Of a DNA stretch of 42,524 bases, positions 16,534 to 27,000 are shown one piece after another. Origin of the DNA: a virus (lineage: Duplodnaviria > Caudoviricetes). Positions within the stretch are counted from its first letter, which is position 1. Every line of letters begins with the position of its first letter. The stretch is taken from positions 1 through 42,524 of IMG/VR virus record IMGVR_UViG_3300037422_000050; one strand, written 5' to 3'. Made by a program: the position numbers and the translations under genes. The notes under the pieces are model-generated. The model had not been told where the DNA came from and did no database searches. It saw nothing but the letters and a program-made list of their open reading frames with translations.

Positions 16534-18461
16534 TGATTAGATTATCAAGTACTACACAAAAATTACAAGCTGTTCTTGCTGGAGCAGTAACAACGAATGA
16601 ACTCCAAATCGTTGTTAATTACTCTGATCAGACCAGCACTACCTATGCCGGTGGAACTCAACGCACCAACACCAACGGTGCTACTGATGTAGATATCTGT
16701 GATGCTCCGGCTGCCTCTACAGTTAGAGACATTGACAATATTCATATTTATAACCGTGATACAGCTAGTGCGGATATTACGGTTAAAGTCGATGTAAGTG
16801 GTACAGAGCATATTTTAATTCGAGTTACTCTATCTACGTTAGAAACCCTAGTCTATACTCACGGTAGTGGTTGGCAGGCCTTTACAACTACAGGTAAACA
16901 TAAGGTAGAGGTAGGTAGTGGTGGGGGAGGCGGAGGTAGTGTTACCTCAAATACAGTCAGTGCTGTTTCTGCTCAGGCTGCAAGTGCTTTATCCCAAGCC
17001 TTATCTGTTTTATCTGTAACCGATGCGGCTTTATCTGTTAGGGTCGATTCTGTTGCTAATGCTGTCAGTGTGGTTAGCAACGCCCTGTCTGTAGGGGAAG
17101 CTGCTCTTTCAGTTCGAATAAACTCTGTGGCCAATGCAGTTAGTGTAGTCAGTAACGCAGTATCGATTGTGTCTACTGCGGCCAGTAATGCTCTTTCCGT
17201 AGCTAACGCTGCAAGTCAGGCAGCTTCTATTGTTAGTCAAGCCGTAAGTGTACTTTCTAATCAGAACTCAGCGGATCATGTATCTATCCGTAATCTAATC
17301 TCGATTGTATCTACCGCAGCTTCAAACGCCCTTTCTGTAGCTAATGCAGCATCACAGGCCACTTCGGCTTTAAGTCAACAGAATTCCGTTGATCATGTAT
17401 CTATTAGAAATCTAATTTCGATTGTTAGCAATGCGGTATCAGTCGGAGATGCCGCTCTTAGTACTAGAGCGGACTCTCTAGCAAATGGAATCAGTGCAAT
17501 TAGCCAACGCCTGTCTGCCCTGGTTCTGGACAGTCTTTTGAATGTTTCCGCACCGAGTCCTACTTCGTCTCAAGTACTTAAATATAATTCAGCGGCAAGT
17601 CAGTGGGTGGCTAGTGTTGACCAAACAGCAGGAGGTGCCTCCGTTACTAGTACCGAATTAAGTGCGGTAAGTGCCCAGGCTGCCAGTGCTTTGTCACAAG
17701 CTCTATCTGCTCTTTCGGCCACTGATGCAGGATTATCGTCTAGAATTGACTCGGTAAATAATACCCTAAGTCAACGGATCTCCGCTTTAGTTTTAGATAG
17801 TCTTTTAAATGTGTCTGCACCCTCACCAACTGAAGGTCAAGTTTTAACTTGGAATTCGGCAGCTGCCCAATGGGTGGCTTCAACGGCGACAGGAGGTGGT
17901 GGAGGTAGCGTTACCAGTACTGAACTTTCAGCCGTATCTGCCCAAGCTGCATCAGCAATCAGTCAATTAAACAGTATTGTATCCTCTAATGCAGTGGGTA
18001 TTACTCGGCTTAAATCTGCGACTGCTCAACTTGTATCCGCAGCCTCACTTACAAACATCACCAGTCTAGTAGTTACTCTGGCAGCTAGTACGGTTTATGA
18101 AATTACCGGTGGGATTAATTTTGAATGTGGTACGTCCGGAGGTTTTGCTTTTGGAATGTCCGCCCCAGCTCTCCACTCTTGGGGTTCTCATATTGCTATC
18201 TTCTTAGACAGTGTTTTGACTCAAGGTTTTGCAGGTCAGCAAGGGGGAAGGGTTGCCTTAAGTGCCATTGCTGCCGGACAAACCATCATTGCTTCAGTAT
18301 CGATTGCCACAATTAATTCTAGGCGTGGAGCAAGAATTCAAGGAGTTATGGCAACTAGTGCAGCAGGTAATTTACAATTGATGGCGAAGACCTCCGTTGC
18401 TGGAGCGTCAATGAGTATTTTTGGGGGGTATCTAAACGCGAGACGTATTGGAGACGTTTAA
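16533..18461 (+). CDS. Ser/Ala-rich tail fibre (adaptor-domain paralogue 4)
   Basis: N-terminal YNRDT domain, heptad-like SxxSNALS repeats, two LLNVSAPSPT..QVL.(Y/W)NSAA.QW repeats, C-terminal beta head. Confidence 0.8.
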   Translation: MIRLSSTTQKLQAVLAGAVTTNELQIVVNYSDQTSTTYAGGTQRTNTNGATDVDICDAPAASTVRDIDNIHIYNRDTASADITVKVDVSGTEHILIRVTLSTLETLVYTHGSGWQAFTTTGKHKVEVGSGGGGGGSVTSNTVSAVSAQAASALSQALSVLSVTDAALSVRVDSVANAVSVVSNALSVGEAALSVRINSVANAVSVVSNAVSIVSTAASNALSVANAASQAASIVSQAVSVLSNQNSADHVSIRNLISIVSTAASNALSVANAASQATSALSQQNSVDHVSIRNLISIVSNAVSVGDAALSTRADSLANGISAISQRLSALVLDSLLNVSAPSPTSSQVLKYNSAASQWVASVDQTAGGASVTSTELSAVSAQAASALSQALSALSATDAGLSSRIDSVNNTLSQRISALVLDSLLNVSAPSPTEGQVLTWNSAAAQWVASTATGGGGGSVTSTELSAVSAQAASAISQLNSIVSSNAVGITRLKSATAQLVSAASLTNITSLVVTLAASTVYEITGGINFECGTSGGFAFGMSAPALHSWGSHIAIFLDSVLTQGFAGQQGGRVALSAIAAGQTIIASVSIATINSRRGARIQGVMATSAAGNLQLMAKTSVAGASMSIFGGYLNARRIGDV

Positions 18462-19813
18462 TGGCAAATAAGAAGTTGAATTTTGCAGACAAGCAGAAGA
18501 CTCAGTATTGTATTCCGTTGTGGTTAAGAGATGAACAAATTAAGAAAAATCTGAAAGCAGTCAAAGGCCGTGTTCAACCATCATATAAAGATGTAACCGG
18601 TGATATTGCAGTTGTAGCTTTTGGTCCCAGTTTAGAAGATAACTGGGAAGAATTAAAAAACTATAACACTATTATTACTTGTTCTGGTGCTCACAGATAT
18701 CTTTTGGATCGAGGAATAGTCCCGACTTGGCACTTAGAGGTGGACCCTCGGGAACATAAAGTTGATCTATTAGGAACCCCTGATCGTAACGTTACTTATC
18801 TCATTGCCTCGACTTGCCACCCTGACTATATTGAACATTTAAAAAAACATAAATGTTCAATTAAACTGTGGCATGTATTTAGTAATGAAGAAGAAGCTCA
18901 AAGGATTCTTCCGGCAGGAGAGTGGGCTTTAACTGGGGGTGCAAATGTTGGACTTCGGGCTATTGTAATGGCCCGATTCCTGGGCTATAAAAAAATCACT
19001 GTGTTTGGTATGGATGGTAATGTTCGTGGGCAACAGTCTCATACTACTGAGCATCCAAAATACACTAAAGTTGATTATCACACTGTAGAGTATCCTGAGG
19101 GTAGTGGACAAATGTGGCATACCACGCCTTCTATGTTAGAATGCGCTAAACAAACTCCATACGAAATCGATCAATTGGTTGATGTAGAGATTTCGTTTAA
19201 GGGACATGGGTTAGTTCAGGAAATGATGAAAACCTATGTTAGAGATCCCAAGGCGGCTAGAACTGCTGAAATTGCTTTTTCTCGGCCTGTTACAATCTCG
19301 GAGGGATACCGAAAATTGAATCAACAACTCCATAAGGATAATTTAGCTTATGGTGTTGGTGCTGGTAAGTACGCTAACACGGTAATTCAACTAGCAGAAA
19401 AGCTTAAAACCACTTCGATTCTAGATTATGGTTGTGGTAAAGGATACCTAGGAAAAGCTCTCCCGTTCCCAATCTGGGAATATGATCCTGCGATTGAGAA
19501 CAAGACGGATACCCCTAGACCTGCGGACATTGTGCTCTCTTTCGATGTTTTAGAGCACATTGAACCCGATAAATTGGAAGCTGTGCTTCAAGATCTTCAA
19601 AGGTGTATTAAAAAAGTGGGTTATTTTATTATTCATACCGGACCGTCTTCTAAGAATCTTTCTGACGGCCGCAATTCTCATTTGATCCAGCAACCTTTAG
19701 AATGGTGGAAAACCCAATTGGAAAAATATTTTATGGTGGCGTCTTATGTTGATAAAGCCCCACTAATTCACATTGTTGTTGCAAAGAAAATAATCAGCCT
19801 GGTGTCGGTATGA
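18461..19813 (+). CDS. Maf/DUF115 (MptE-like) transferase fused to a class I SAM methyltransferase
   Basis: IAVVAFGPSL...IITCSGAHRYLLDRGIVP...VDP and GGANVGLRAI...LGYKKITVFGMD; C-terminal ILDYGCGKG and FDVLEHI. Confidence 0.75.
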   Translation: MANKKLNFADKQKTQYCIPLWLRDEQIKKNLKAVKGRVQPSYKDVTGDIAVVAFGPSLEDNWEELKNYNTIITCSGAHRYLLDRGIVPTWHLEVDPREHKVDLLGTPDRNVTYLIASTCHPDYIEHLKKHKCSIKLWHVFSNEEEAQRILPAGEWALTGGANVGLRAIVMARFLGYKKITVFGMDGNVRGQQSHTTEHPKYTKVDYHTVEYPEGSGQMWHTTPSMLECAKQTPYEIDQLVDVEISFKGHGLVQEMMKTYVRDPKAARTAEIAFSRPVTISEGYRKLNQQLHKDNLAYGVGAGKYANTVIQLAEKLKTTSILDYGCGKGYLGKALPFPIWEYDPAIENKTDTPRPADIVLSFDVLEHIEPDKLEAVLQDLQRCIKKVGYFIIHTGPSSKNLSDGRNSHLIQQPLEWWKTQLEKYFMVASYVDKAPLIHIVVAKKIISLVSV

Positions 19814-20109
19814 AAGGGCAAAACGATTACTTAAAACTAGGAGACTGGAATGCCGTCTGCGATGTTTGCGGATTCAAATTTAAGGCCTCCACACTCAAAG
19901 ATCGTTGGGACGGTTTAAAGGTTTGTGAGAAAGACTGGGAAACTCGTCATCCTCAAGATCTTTTGAAGATTCCTCGCTCTGAAAAGTCTATTCCTTGGGC
20001 TAATCCAGAAGACACTTCCGGGGATCAAGCTCCTACTGTTGCAGACACAGGTCAAGATGACATCCCTACCGGTACCTTCAACGGTGGCGGTACCTTATCT
20101 CCATTATAG
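19810..20109 (+). CDS. Small Cys-rich phage protein
   Basis: NAVCDVCGFKFK...WDGLKVC..DWETRHPQ, a probable metal-binding motif. Confidence 0.7.
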   Translation: MKGQNDYLKLGDWNAVCDVCGFKFKASTLKDRWDGLKVCEKDWETRHPQDLLKIPRSEKSIPWANPEDTSGDQAPTVADTGQDDIPTGTFNGGGTLSPL

Positions 20110-20117
20110 GATAAAAT

Positions 20118-21068
20118 ATGGCCCTCTCTAATACATTTACATTTAATCCTACCGAGACGGATGTGATTGCCGCTGCTCTACGCAAAATTGGAGTGTTGGC
20201 AGAGGGCCAGTCTCCTTCTACCAACCAGACTACATATGCTCGACAGGCTTTAAATACTATTCTCAAGGCGTTATCTCATGAGGGAATGCCCGTTTGGTAT
20301 ATTAAAACTACCTATCTTTATCCCAATCATAACACAAATACTTTTTCTCTTGGCCCCAGTGGGGCACACTGGACTGAAGAGTTAATTCTCACTAAATTGA
20401 CCAACGACGAGGCAGCAGCATCAACAGCTATTGAAGTTAGTACGACTACAGACGTAGATGTGGTCGGAACTACTGCCAACAGTGACGCTATTGGCATTGA
20501 ACTTGATGATGGGACGATGCACTGGACTACGATTTCAGCTGGCGGTGGTACAGCTAGTTTAACAATTGCCTCCGGACTACCTTCGGAAGCTAGTTCAGGT
20601 AATCGTGTTTATGCGTATACAGCTAAAGCCCAACGTCCTGAAAGAATTTTGGATGGCTATGTAGTGACCTCTGTAAGTGCTGCTCGACGGCCTATCGAAC
20701 TAAAATCTGAAAAAGATGTTCGTCAAACCACCATGACCACTGAAGGAGGTTTGGTTTCAGCTCATTATAAACCTTTTCTTACAAACGGGCTATTAACCAT
20801 CTGGCCCAGATTTATTGATGGGGCGGATTACTTAGAATTTCGAATTGAACACCCGTTTGATGATATGACTACTGGTACAGACAATTTGGCAGTTCCTGTA
20901 TCGTTTTCTCTGCCAATTATCTATCAGCTGGCTGTGGTATTGGGTCCAGAATATAGCATCCCTAAAGACGATTGGATGCTGTTAAAAAAAGAAGCCATGG
21001 AATACACTGCTAAGGCTTTAGCATACTATTCTGAAACTGAATCTCTGTTTTTAAGACCTGGTAATTAA
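20118..21068 (+). CDS. Head-tail adaptor / tail tubular protein A (P22 gp4-like)
   Basis: VIAAALRKIGVLAEGQSPS...ARQALN, IWP, IIYQLAVVLGPEY motifs. Confidence 0.75.
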   Translation: MALSNTFTFNPTETDVIAAALRKIGVLAEGQSPSTNQTTYARQALNTILKALSHEGMPVWYIKTTYLYPNHNTNTFSLGPSGAHWTEELILTKLTNDEAAASTAIEVSTTTDVDVVGTTANSDAIGIELDDGTMHWTTISAGGGTASLTIASGLPSEASSGNRVYAYTAKAQRPERILDGYVVTSVSAARRPIELKSEKDVRQTTMTTEGGLVSAHYKPFLTNGLLTIWPRFIDGADYLEFRIEHPFDDMTTGTDNLAVPVSFSLPIIYQLAVVLGPEYSIPKDDWMLLKKEAMEYTAKALAYYSETESLFLRPGN

Positions 21069-21085
21069 TACATGGAGACTAGATC

Positions 21086-23029
21086 ATGATTGTCAATGAA
21101 GGTGATTCCCAATGGGGCTCATACGACTGGACCGGGGGTTGGTCATGGGACCCTAAGATCGCGCCTTTTATTTCCACTTATAATAATGGGCCTGATAGCT
21201 ATGGTTATACATTTGACGAGAATGCTTACAGCGCTTCTTTAACGCCTCTTCAGATTGCCAATCTGGCAACCTCAGGTTTTGGAACAGGAAGTGACACTAA
21301 TCCGGCAGGTGCGTCCCAAGCCTTACAAACATATGAACAAAATCCCGATCCATATAACAGAAGCCTGTATGATGACTTTCTTCAAAACGGGACTGCCATT
21401 GGAGACATGAGGACAGGACTTCCCACTATTCAATTATGGGATCAAGCTCTTGGAGCTATGGGAATGTCTCCTGATGAACGTTATCAGGCTTACATGAATA
21501 CAGGTGTGGGTCTCGGAGCCGGTTTAGGGGAGTATCAAGATTATTATAAGCTCAGGGATACCTTGAGTCAGATTGCCCAACAGCGAGGTTATGATCCTGC
21601 CCAGTTCCAACAAATCTTAGATTGGTATGGACAACAAGGTGACTATAATCAGCAACTCAATGAGAGTGATTTAGGTCTTCCTATGTTCTTAGCAATGGTT
21701 GCTGCTACTGCCTTAGGCGGTGGTGCATTGCTTGGAGGGGGGTTTGCTCCTGCGTCAGCTACAGCCCTGGGAGCAGGGGCAGGTGGTGTTGTTGACCTTG
21801 CAGCATTAGGAGGTATTGCTGGCGGAGGTTTTGGATCGGTGGTTCCTGGGGTTGCAACCACCGGTTTAGGAGGCGCTACCGGAGCACTCACAGGAGCAAC
21901 TGGGGCTCTTGATGTTGGGGCTCTTGATGCCGGGTCTTTTGGTTATGGAGGATCTACTGCAATTGATCCTGCCACAGGTCTTTCTTTTGCAGAAGGAGCC
22001 TATCCATCTGCTGGAGCAGCTACCGGTTCTATGACCGGTGTAGAAAACATTGCAGATATGTATGGTGGTCCTCCGGCTACCGAACAAAGCTTATTAGAAC
22101 AATTACAACAAGTTTACAATCAAACCTTAGGACAACTTCCTCCAGGTTCGACTTCTGCCTTGCAACAATTAATGGGAAGCACGGGAAGTGGGACAGGTAC
22201 TGGAACCGGAAGTAGTGGAAGTCAAAACAGTTTGCTCAGTGCTCTTCTAGGAGGTAATCTTATGTCTTCGTTACTGCCCACTGGGGGCAGTTCCTTTGGT
22301 ATTAATAACCTCTTAGGAATGCTCCCCGGTATTCTTCAATATTTTAATCTTGGGGGATTGGAGGATAAATTAGAAGGCTTGAAAACCGAGGCTCTTCAAT
22401 ATTCCGATCCCTATGGTCTTGGTCCCTATCGTCAGCCAATGGCTCAGCGTCTTGAGCAATCCTATGCTGATCCCTTATCTATTTGGAACAGTCCAGAAAT
22501 GCAAGCTTTGGACAGACAAATGCAAAACAGCCAATTGGCTAGGGATGCCCAAGCTGGTCAATTATTTAATGCTCCGGAGCGTCTTGCTCAACGACAAGAC
22601 AATTTCTTAACTAAAGCCCTGCCTGCCTACCGTCAAGGTTTGCTGCAACCTTCTGGAGCTACCTTTGCTCCTAGGGGTATGGAAGCTGTTACGTCCATGA
22701 TGGGACCCCTGGCTGGGGCCTATCTTGGTAAGAACATGGGCCTGGGAATGGCTCTACAAGGCCTTATGGGAGGCTCTGGAACGACGGGAAGGACCACTGG
22801 AGGGACTACCTCAGGGAGTATTTTTGGAGGCACTACAGGTTCTCCAGAGGCCAATGGGACCATTGATGAAGTTCTTCAACATTTATATGGTGTCGATTGG
22901 GGTGATTTTAGTTCGAATACTGGATATGAAGATCTTTTCAGTATTACTTATGACGATTTAAGTGGTCTGGATGAATTGTTTGCATTTGACCAAGCAATGG
23001 ATCTTAGTATTCTTGATTGGCTAGGTTAA
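21086..23029 (+). CDS. Internal virion/ejection protein, Gly-rich with hydrophobic segments
   Basis: Position after the tail adaptor; hydrophobic LGLPMFLAMVAATALGGGALLGG and Gly-zipper-like runs. Confidence 0.65.
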   Translation: MIVNEGDSQWGSYDWTGGWSWDPKIAPFISTYNNGPDSYGYTFDENAYSASLTPLQIANLATSGFGTGSDTNPAGASQALQTYEQNPDPYNRSLYDDFLQNGTAIGDMRTGLPTIQLWDQALGAMGMSPDERYQAYMNTGVGLGAGLGEYQDYYKLRDTLSQIAQQRGYDPAQFQQILDWYGQQGDYNQQLNESDLGLPMFLAMVAATALGGGALLGGGFAPASATALGAGAGGVVDLAALGGIAGGGFGSVVPGVATTGLGGATGALTGATGALDVGALDAGSFGYGGSTAIDPATGLSFAEGAYPSAGAATGSMTGVENIADMYGGPPATEQSLLEQLQQVYNQTLGQLPPGSTSALQQLMGSTGSGTGTGTGSSGSQNSLLSALLGGNLMSSLLPTGGSSFGINNLLGMLPGILQYFNLGGLEDKLEGLKTEALQYSDPYGLGPYRQPMAQRLEQSYADPLSIWNSPEMQALDRQMQNSQLARDAQAGQLFNAPERLAQRQDNFLTKALPAYRQGLLQPSGATFAPRGMEAVTSMMGPLAGAYLGKNMGLGMALQGLMGGSGTTGRTTGGTTSGSIFGGTTGSPEANGTIDEVLQHLYGVDWGDFSSNTGYEDLFSITYDDLSGLDELFAFDQAMDLSILDWLG

Positions 23030-23041
23030 CAGGGGGATAAT

Positions 23042-24016
23042 ATGGATTGGCTGTCTTTAGGAACCCAACCCTCCGGGGGTGCAGCCGGAATGTTTTACAT
23101 GGGTAAGAATCAAAACGAACAGGCTAAGTGGGATATAGAACAAGCCCTTCGGCAGCTGGAAGCTGAGAAACAGAGGATGGCCCTTGAAAAAACTCGACAA
23201 ACTCAAGGATCGGACATTGAACGTATCTTAGCTGAGAACCGGGCTACTGCTCAAACGATTGGCCGTCAGAAAGAAGCTACTACTTCCCAAGAAGAAGATA
23301 AAGCATTTATTTCCAGAGGAAGTCGAGATGCAACCCTTCAAGATACCATGGGTAAGTACGAGTCTGCGGACCAGCAGCGTAAAGCTGAGAATCTCAATCG
23401 GGCGGTGGAAGTCTTAGGGGCGCTTGATGAGACGATGTTTGACAGTCCTAACTGGCAAGCTGATCTTGAACGACTGAGCAAAGAACATAAAGTACCACCT
23501 CAAGTTTATCAAATGCTTAAACAGTCTCGTAATCCAGCAGAACTCAAACAACGGATTGCAGTTTTAAAAGATCGAGCGAGTCAGAGCCTAGCTCACACCC
23601 GTGAAATGGAAAAAATTAATACTAAAGAACTTAGTGATTTTCAACGAGCGGATATGACTTCTGCACGTCAACTGGAAGGGGTTAAATACACAGCTGATGC
23701 CAGAGAACGTATTGCTCAGGCTCGTGAAGAAAAGGCTAATGGCTATGAGAAAACTGCTCAAATGCATATGGAGAAGGGAATTGCTCTGGAACTTAAAGGT
23801 GATAAACCCGGAGCGGAGCAGCAGTATGCTCTAGCGAATCGATACCATATTATGGCCCAACAATTAAGATCGGCTGGGGCACCTATGATGCCTACTATTC
23901 CAGGGTTGCCAATGGAACCGAACAGGGCCTCTCCGCAAAATATTCCTGGAGGGGGTGGAACTAACGCTCCCTCTACTTCAAGGCAATATGACGCACAAGG
24001 GAACCGCATTAAATGA
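23042..24016 (+). CDS. Internal virion/ejection protein, coiled-coil
   Basis: Q/E/A/R-rich helical composition; located between the other ejection genes. Confidence 0.65.
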   Translation: MDWLSLGTQPSGGAAGMFYMGKNQNEQAKWDIEQALRQLEAEKQRMALEKTRQTQGSDIERILAENRATAQTIGRQKEATTSQEEDKAFISRGSRDATLQDTMGKYESADQQRKAENLNRAVEVLGALDETMFDSPNWQADLERLSKEHKVPPQVYQMLKQSRNPAELKQRIAVLKDRASQSLAHTREMEKINTKELSDFQRADMTSARQLEGVKYTADARERIAQAREEKANGYEKTAQMHMEKGIALELKGDKPGAEQQYALANRYHIMAQQLRSAGAPMMPTIPGLPMEPNRASPQNIPGGGGTNAPSTSRQYDAQGNRIK

Positions 24017-27000
24017 CCATTTCCGTAAAATCGTATGACGGGATTCTACATGAATTCCCGGATGATACCCCGGATAGTGTTATTGATGGTGTAATGCGGC
24101 AGTATGTAAAAGACAATCCCGCGCCCACGCCATTTGAGCCCGGAGCCGGCCCTGGGGGTCGGGGAGTCTCGGGAGCCATCCAAGGGTTGATTCAAGAAAT
24201 CCCTAATCCAGTTAAAGATCCTCTGGAAGAGATCGCAGGTATCGGGGCAGCTGCTGCTGACCTCGGTACGGGTCTTGGGGGTATGATTGGAGGGGCCGTT
24301 GGTGCACCTGTAGTGGCAGTACAGGAAACTCTCCAAGGCCGTCCCCGCACTGCTGTAACGGAAGCATGGCGTTATTTTGAAGATGCAGTGGCTAAATCTC
24401 AAATCCCGGATACCTATTTAGGGGGACGAGATTCGGCCATGTATAAAACCCTCATGTCGCCCTTTGGTATGATTGCTGAAGGTTTTAATGCTGCTGGGGA
24501 TAAAGGAGTTCGAGATTCTCTGAAAAAAATGGGGATGCCTGATGACATTGCCCAAAGTTTTGGAGATTTGGCTAAACTTTCGTTGAACGCAGTTCCTTTA
24601 GTTGCAGGAGCTCGGATATCGAAGCCCGGATCAATTGAAGCTCTTCAGAAGGGTAACGAGGCTGCTCGGGCTGCTGGAACAGAACACTATATTGGACAAA
24701 CTGCGGCCTACGATACGGTACGTCAAGTTTTTCCTGAGACTAGGAATATGACGGACGCACAAGTTGTCGATTTCCTTGAACAACGCCGTCAACATGCGGA
24801 AGCTCTCAGACAAGCTCAGGTTGATGAAGCTGCTGTTCAGAGCAAGTTCGAGGCTATGGACAAAGCTCAAGAAGCTCAGGATAGGGCTGCGGCTCTTCCT
24901 AATGAAATCGCCATGGAGCAGCAACGTCTTGAGGCTGGTCGTCGTGTGACTGACGCCAAGGAAGCCATGCAACGAGAAATGGAGGCCTTAGCTGAACAGT
25001 ATGAGGGACAAAAGACTGGACTAGAACCTAGAGCTCCCGAAGGTCCCGGACCAATTGATGTTCCACGGCGTAAAGCGGACCGGCGTCCTGAACTTGGTTT
25101 CACTGAATATGAAGCTCCTCCGGAAACCATTCCCTTTGACCGTCCGACTGGGCCAATTCAAAAATCAGAAGGTCTCTTTACTAGGGATGTTTCCAATATT
25201 GACGCACAGCGGGTAACAGCCCCTCAATTTGGCAGGTCTCCAGCAACACCGTCTGGTATTCGCGGGGCGGTGCGCGAGTTTACTCCTCTCCCAGTTGGTG
25301 GCGGTACTAAAGCTACTACTGTGGGCCGTGGCAATCTTGGGGGTTTAGGCAAGCGCCAAGGTGGTGCAATCAATCCAGAGTTATTTACTGGGATGGCAGA
25401 AGTTATTGGCGGCCTGATTGGAAAATCCGCAGATGAACTGCGTCAGATTCCTAAAGAGCGGTTAGGGGCTCTTCTTGCCCAAAGTGGTCAAGGCAAGGAA
25501 TTTATGAAAAAATGGGCTGGTACGTTCCAGCCAAGAGAATTAGCAGGTGCTATTTCCAATGCTGGGGACCCAGCCAGTCGGCATACTATTGTATTAATGT
25601 CCCCTGATGATTTTCATGCTTTGGCTAAAGCGCGAGCGCCTGGAGTTCATGATTTAAACACACTGTGGGGGAGATCATCGGAAAGTCTACGAGAGTCCAT
25701 TCGTGGAGGTCTTAAAGATCCGGATGGCTTGCGTCAAATGCCCCAACTGACTGTGGAATCTAACGGCCCCAATACAATCGTGATGAGTCACGAAGGTCGT
25801 CATAGAATGGATGTGTTTAAGGAACAAGGAATTGAGCTTGTTCCGGTTATAGTTACTCATAGAACACTTCGATGGGGCCAAAATCCTGAACGAAGCACTC
25901 ATTGGGTCAGTGAAGATTATCGCAATACTGTCCAAGCACCTGATTCTATTTTCTTTCCTAAAGAAAAAGTATTAAATAACGTTGCCTTTAATAAAGCAAA
26001 CCCCTCCTCTTCCTATACTCCAGGACCTGCTGGAATCAAAGAAATGGCACGAGCTGGAGATGTTCCTGCCATTCTGAAGGCTATTGAAAATGATACCAGT
26101 GGATTCATGGCCCATAAGGTACTCTCTAAATTAATTCAAAAACTACCTGGAGAACTTCCCAGACTTCACGTCGGTGAAATTTCTCCCAGTATTGAATTCA
26201 AGATGGGAAGGGGGCCTTTATCCAGACGTAGCAACTTTGCTGACTTTCCACTTGAAAGTGGTACTATTGCTCTCTATGAGCCTGTGTCCAATACTATTAC
26301 CTTACATCCAAATCTTTTAAAAGGAGATTCCTACGGGATAGCCAAAACTGTTCTCCATGAAATCCTTCACTCAAAAGTATTGAACGCCCAACGTTATTTT
26401 GGTTTAATGACTCATGCGGATCTTGCAAAACTAGGTCGAGCAGATCATGATAAGTATGCGGCTGTTAAAGACATGGAAACTCTGTGGAACTCTGTCCACA
26501 ATAGTGAGGCCATAAAAGGCACCTTAAAAAATGATAAGGGTGAATATGTCTGGTATGGTTTGACCAGTGAGATTGAATTTGTAGCAGAAGCCTTCAGCAA
26601 CCCAGCTTTCCAGGCCTTCCTTGACAAACAAAAATTGAGTGCTAATCAGAGGGCTCTTTATTCTACTTACAAACCTGTTCCTCAAACTGTGTTTGATGCC
26701 TTCATCACTGATATGATGAAAATCTTTGGATGGCATGGTCCTGAGGTTCACACAGCATTAGAAGCCGCTCTCCGGGTTGGGGCGGAAATCATGGCAACCG
26801 AAGGTAAAGGGGCCTCTTTGGATTGGATTACCCGCCAGAGCATTCTGAAAGATCCCCAAGCTTTGGACATTGTTCTAGCTAAAGAAGACATGGGATCATT
26901 TAAAGACTCTCTCCCGGAACATCTGAAACAATACGCTGACTCTTTATGGGAACAACGTCAGAAAAACAATGCTGCCACTCTAACTAAGGATTCACAACAG

